A DNA stretch of 7,640 nt from the IMG/VR virus record IMGVR_UViG_2778261354_000005. One strand, written 5' to 3'. Below the pieces are notes generated by a model. That model was given only the letters and a program-made list of their open reading frames with translations, was not told the DNA's origin and searched no databases. The position numbers were made by a program, and so were the translations under genes. This DNA is from a virus. Its lineage: Duplodnaviria > Heunggongvirae > Uroviricota > Caudoviricetes. This document shows positions 5,962 to 7,640 of the stretch, one piece after another (position 1 is the stretch's first letter; every line of letters starts with the position of its first letter).

Positions 5962-6214
5962 GGCTTACCTCCTGTTCCTGTGGTTTAAACCCATTCTGGT
6001 TTTGGCTAGATTGAAAACGTGCCGGATAAAGAATCTGCATTTCGCTGATTTCACCCTTAAAAAAATTGGCCAGACGTTCTGCAAGATCGATAGATGGAAT
6101 TTGTTCCAGTCTTTCAATACGACTCAGCGTCGCTGGATTGACCTGAACGCCAGCAGCAACATGCTGCAAAGTAAATCCGTGCGTCTTACGCACATTCCGT
6201 AATGGTGATTGCAT
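5954..6214 (-). CDS. cro: Cro-like HTH (XRE-family) regulator
   Basis: 86 aa with an HTH signature (GFTLQHVAAGVQVNPATLSRIE). Transcribed divergently from the repressor gene. ATG at 6212-6214 is preceded by GGAGG. Confidence 0.8.
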   Translation of the reverse strand: MQSPLRNVRKTHGFTLQHVAAGVQVNPATLSRIERLEQIPSIDLAERLANFFKGEISEMQILYPARFQSSQNQNGFKPQEQEVSRG

Positions 6215-6311
6215 ATTACCTCCACATATTGCGTGATGAGCATATTATTTCACGCAAATATTTTGCGCAAGTTGATTTGCTTAACGCGCAATAAAGAAAT
6301 GTAATAAACGC
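6215..6311. promoter_or_regulatory. Divergent operator/promoter region between the CI-like and cro-like genes (OR-like)
   Basis: Seen: repeated TTGCG / CGCAA half-sites, for example TTGCGTGATGAGCAT 6229-6243, the palindrome CGCAAATATTTTGCG 6253-6267 and TTGCTTAACGCGCAA 6277-6291, starting 24 bp apart. Predicted minus-strand promoter for cro: -35 TTGCGC (6265-6270), -10 TAATAT (6242-6247). Predicted plus-strand promoter for the repressor: -35 TTGCTT (6277-6282), -10 TGTAAT (6300-6305), which would start transcription at about the ATG. Confidence 0.45.
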
Positions 6312-7004
6312 ATGAACATAGGAAACCGAGTCAGACAACTTCGCCAGGCGAAGAACATGAAAATCGCCGATCTCGCTGAAGCAATAGGAGTGGATGCGGC
6401 GAATATCTCACGCCTGGAAACAGGTAAGCAGAAACAATTCACTGAACAAGCCCTGAGTAATATTGCCAGGAGCTTAGGTGTTGATATTGCTGATCTCTTT
6501 ACCTCAGACGTCAAAAGTAATACTGTATTTAAAAACAGTATTAGTGAGGATGTTGCGCAGGTGAAGGATGTATTCCGTATTGAAATGCTGGATGTCAGTG
6601 CCAGTGCGGGAAATGGCCTTATCCAGGGCGGTGATGTCATTGATGTGATTCATGCCATTGAATACAGAACTGATAATGCTGTATCGATGTTTGGCGGACG
6701 GCCAGCCAATCACATTAAAGTTATCAACGTTCGTGGGGACAGTATGTGTCCAACCATTGAGCCAGGAGATCTCATCTTCGTTGATGTCAGTATCAATCAG
6801 TTTGATGGAGATGGTATCTATGTATTTGGTTTTGATGATAAAATTTATGTCAAACGACTGCAAATGATACCTGACAAACTACTGGTGATTTCTGATAACC
6901 AGATTTACCGTGAATGGGGAATTACCAGCGAAAATGAACACCGGTTTATGGTCTTTGGAAAGGTCTTAATCAGCCAGTCACAAACCCTTAAGCGACACAA
7001 TTAA
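6312..7004 (+). CDS. cI: CI-like prophage repressor, HTH-XRE + S24 (LexA-like) peptidase domain
   Basis: 230 aa. N-terminal HTH (RVRQLRQAKNMKIADLAEAIGVDAANISRLETGK) and C-terminal S24 motifs (VRGDSMCPTIEPGDLIFVD with the catalytic Ser, and KIYVKRLQ with the Lys). Stop TAA at 7002-7004. Confidence 0.9.
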   Translation: MNIGNRVRQLRQAKNMKIADLAEAIGVDAANISRLETGKQKQFTEQALSNIARSLGVDIADLFTSDVKSNTVFKNSISEDVAQVKDVFRIEMLDVSASAGNGLIQGGDVIDVIHAIEYRTDNAVSMFGGRPANHIKVINVRGDSMCPTIEPGDLIFVDVSINQFDGDGIYVFGFDDKIYVKRLQMIPDKLLVISDNQIYREWGITSENEHRFMVFGKVLISQSQTLKRHN

Positions 7005-7024
7005 CCCTTACCTCCTCATCAATT

Positions 7025-7045
7025 AGCCACCCAAAGGTGGCTTTT
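7025..7045 (+). terminator. Intrinsic terminator for the repressor gene
   Basis: Seen: 7-bp stem agccacc (7025-7031) / ggtggct (7036-7042), loop caaa, then a T-run through 7045. It lies 21 bp after the repressor stop. Confidence 0.5.
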
Positions 7046-7059
7046 CATTACCCTTTAAA

Positions 7060-7112
7060 TTGCATATCTCGCAATAAAAACACTTGCATAATGCGCAACT
7101 TCATTTTATCTT
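7060..7112 (+). promoter_or_regulatory. Second operator-like repeat pair with a candidate outward promoter (OL/pL-like)
   Basis: Seen: TTGCATATCTCGCAA (7060-7074) and TTGCATAATGCGCAA (7084-7098), 12 of 15 identical and 24 bp apart, with the same TTGC…GCAA half-sites as the cI-cro intergenic region. Candidate plus-strand promoter: -35 TTGCAT (7084-7089), 17 bp, -10 TATCTT (7107-7112). Confidence 0.3.
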
Positions 7113-7523
7113 TCTTTCCAGACAAACAAACAAGGTACTAACAAAATTTGGTTGTAACACGGCGTATGGCACATGCGTCGTTAGCGGTCTGGGGACGTTA
7201 AAGGGGACAATCCACTCCTTGCTCGAGCAAACAAACCAGGTAGCCGGAATGTGCAAGTCAATGATGATGCTGATAAGACGCCTAACCAGCGTGGCGATTC
7301 GGTTTGACGCCTGGGAAGAGACCAGGGTGCAACGATGAGGGCATTTATGGAGCCGCGACAAAGTGTGGTGCTGTAACTGGCTAAGTGCTCTCAGCGTTGT
7401 GGTAATCCGCGAAATGGCGCGGCGGTAAGTATGGCGGGGTTACTCTTTCCCCGTTGAGGACACCGGATTGTCAGGTTGACCATACGCCTGAGTGACAACC
7501 CCACCACAACAGCCACTGCTTTG

Positions 7524-7569
7524 GCGGTACCAGTTTGTACCCTTGCTTCCGGCTGGTACCGCTCTTTTT
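7524..7569 (+). terminator. Long inverted repeat followed by a T-run (terminator-like, or a structured RNA or protein-binding site)
   Basis: Seen: 10-bp perfect arms gcggtaccag (7524-7533) / ctggtaccgc (7553-7562) with a 19-nt spacer, then tcttttt (7563-7569). The loop is long for a canonical terminator. Confidence 0.3.
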
Positions 7570-7640
7570 ACAAAACAGAGAAGAGCATCACCGGACGACG
7601 GGCTCATAACCCAATCCATCCGGGCGGCTGCCACCGCAGG

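Noticed and set aside
6002-6867. Track ORFs 6002..6202(+), 6281..6640(-), 6504..6863(-), 6652..6867(+)
   Set aside because: Antisense or alternative frames of the cro-like and CI-like genes, both of which have unambiguous HTH and S24 motifs.
7084-7634. Track ORFs 7084..7338(+), 7101..7361(-), 7440..7634(-)
   Set aside because: All begin at TTG or GTG without a convincing SD; the first starts inside the operator-like repeats and the last runs off the window edge with a Gly/Ser/Cys-rich product. Not reported as CDS, though a gene entering from beyond 7640 cannot be excluded.

Overview
This window reads as the early/immunity and replication region of a temperate (lambdoid-type, mosaic) enterobacterial prophage. 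A plus-strand CI-like repressor (HTH + S24 peptidase) faces a long minus-strand operon across a 97-bp operator/promoter region. The operon runs cro-like, CII-like, a 386-codon ORF ending in a Rha domain, two small hypotheticals, an O-like replication initiator with internal 12-bp tandem repeats, a 30-codon micro-ORF, a phage-type Dam methyltransferase, a LexA DNA-binding-domain-only protein and RusA. Nine consecutive gene junctions overlap or nearly touch (ATGA/GTGA/TAATG), indicating translational coupling. A separate KilA-N/KilAC antirepressor-like gene follows, preceded by a LexA-box-like motif. The most interesting candidate system is the phage-encoded, apparently non-cleavable LexA mimic sitting two genes upstream of that SOS-box-fronted antirepressor gene. 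No rRNA, tRNA, CRISPR array, integrase or transposase is supportable here. All functional calls are from reading motifs by eye; no database search was run.
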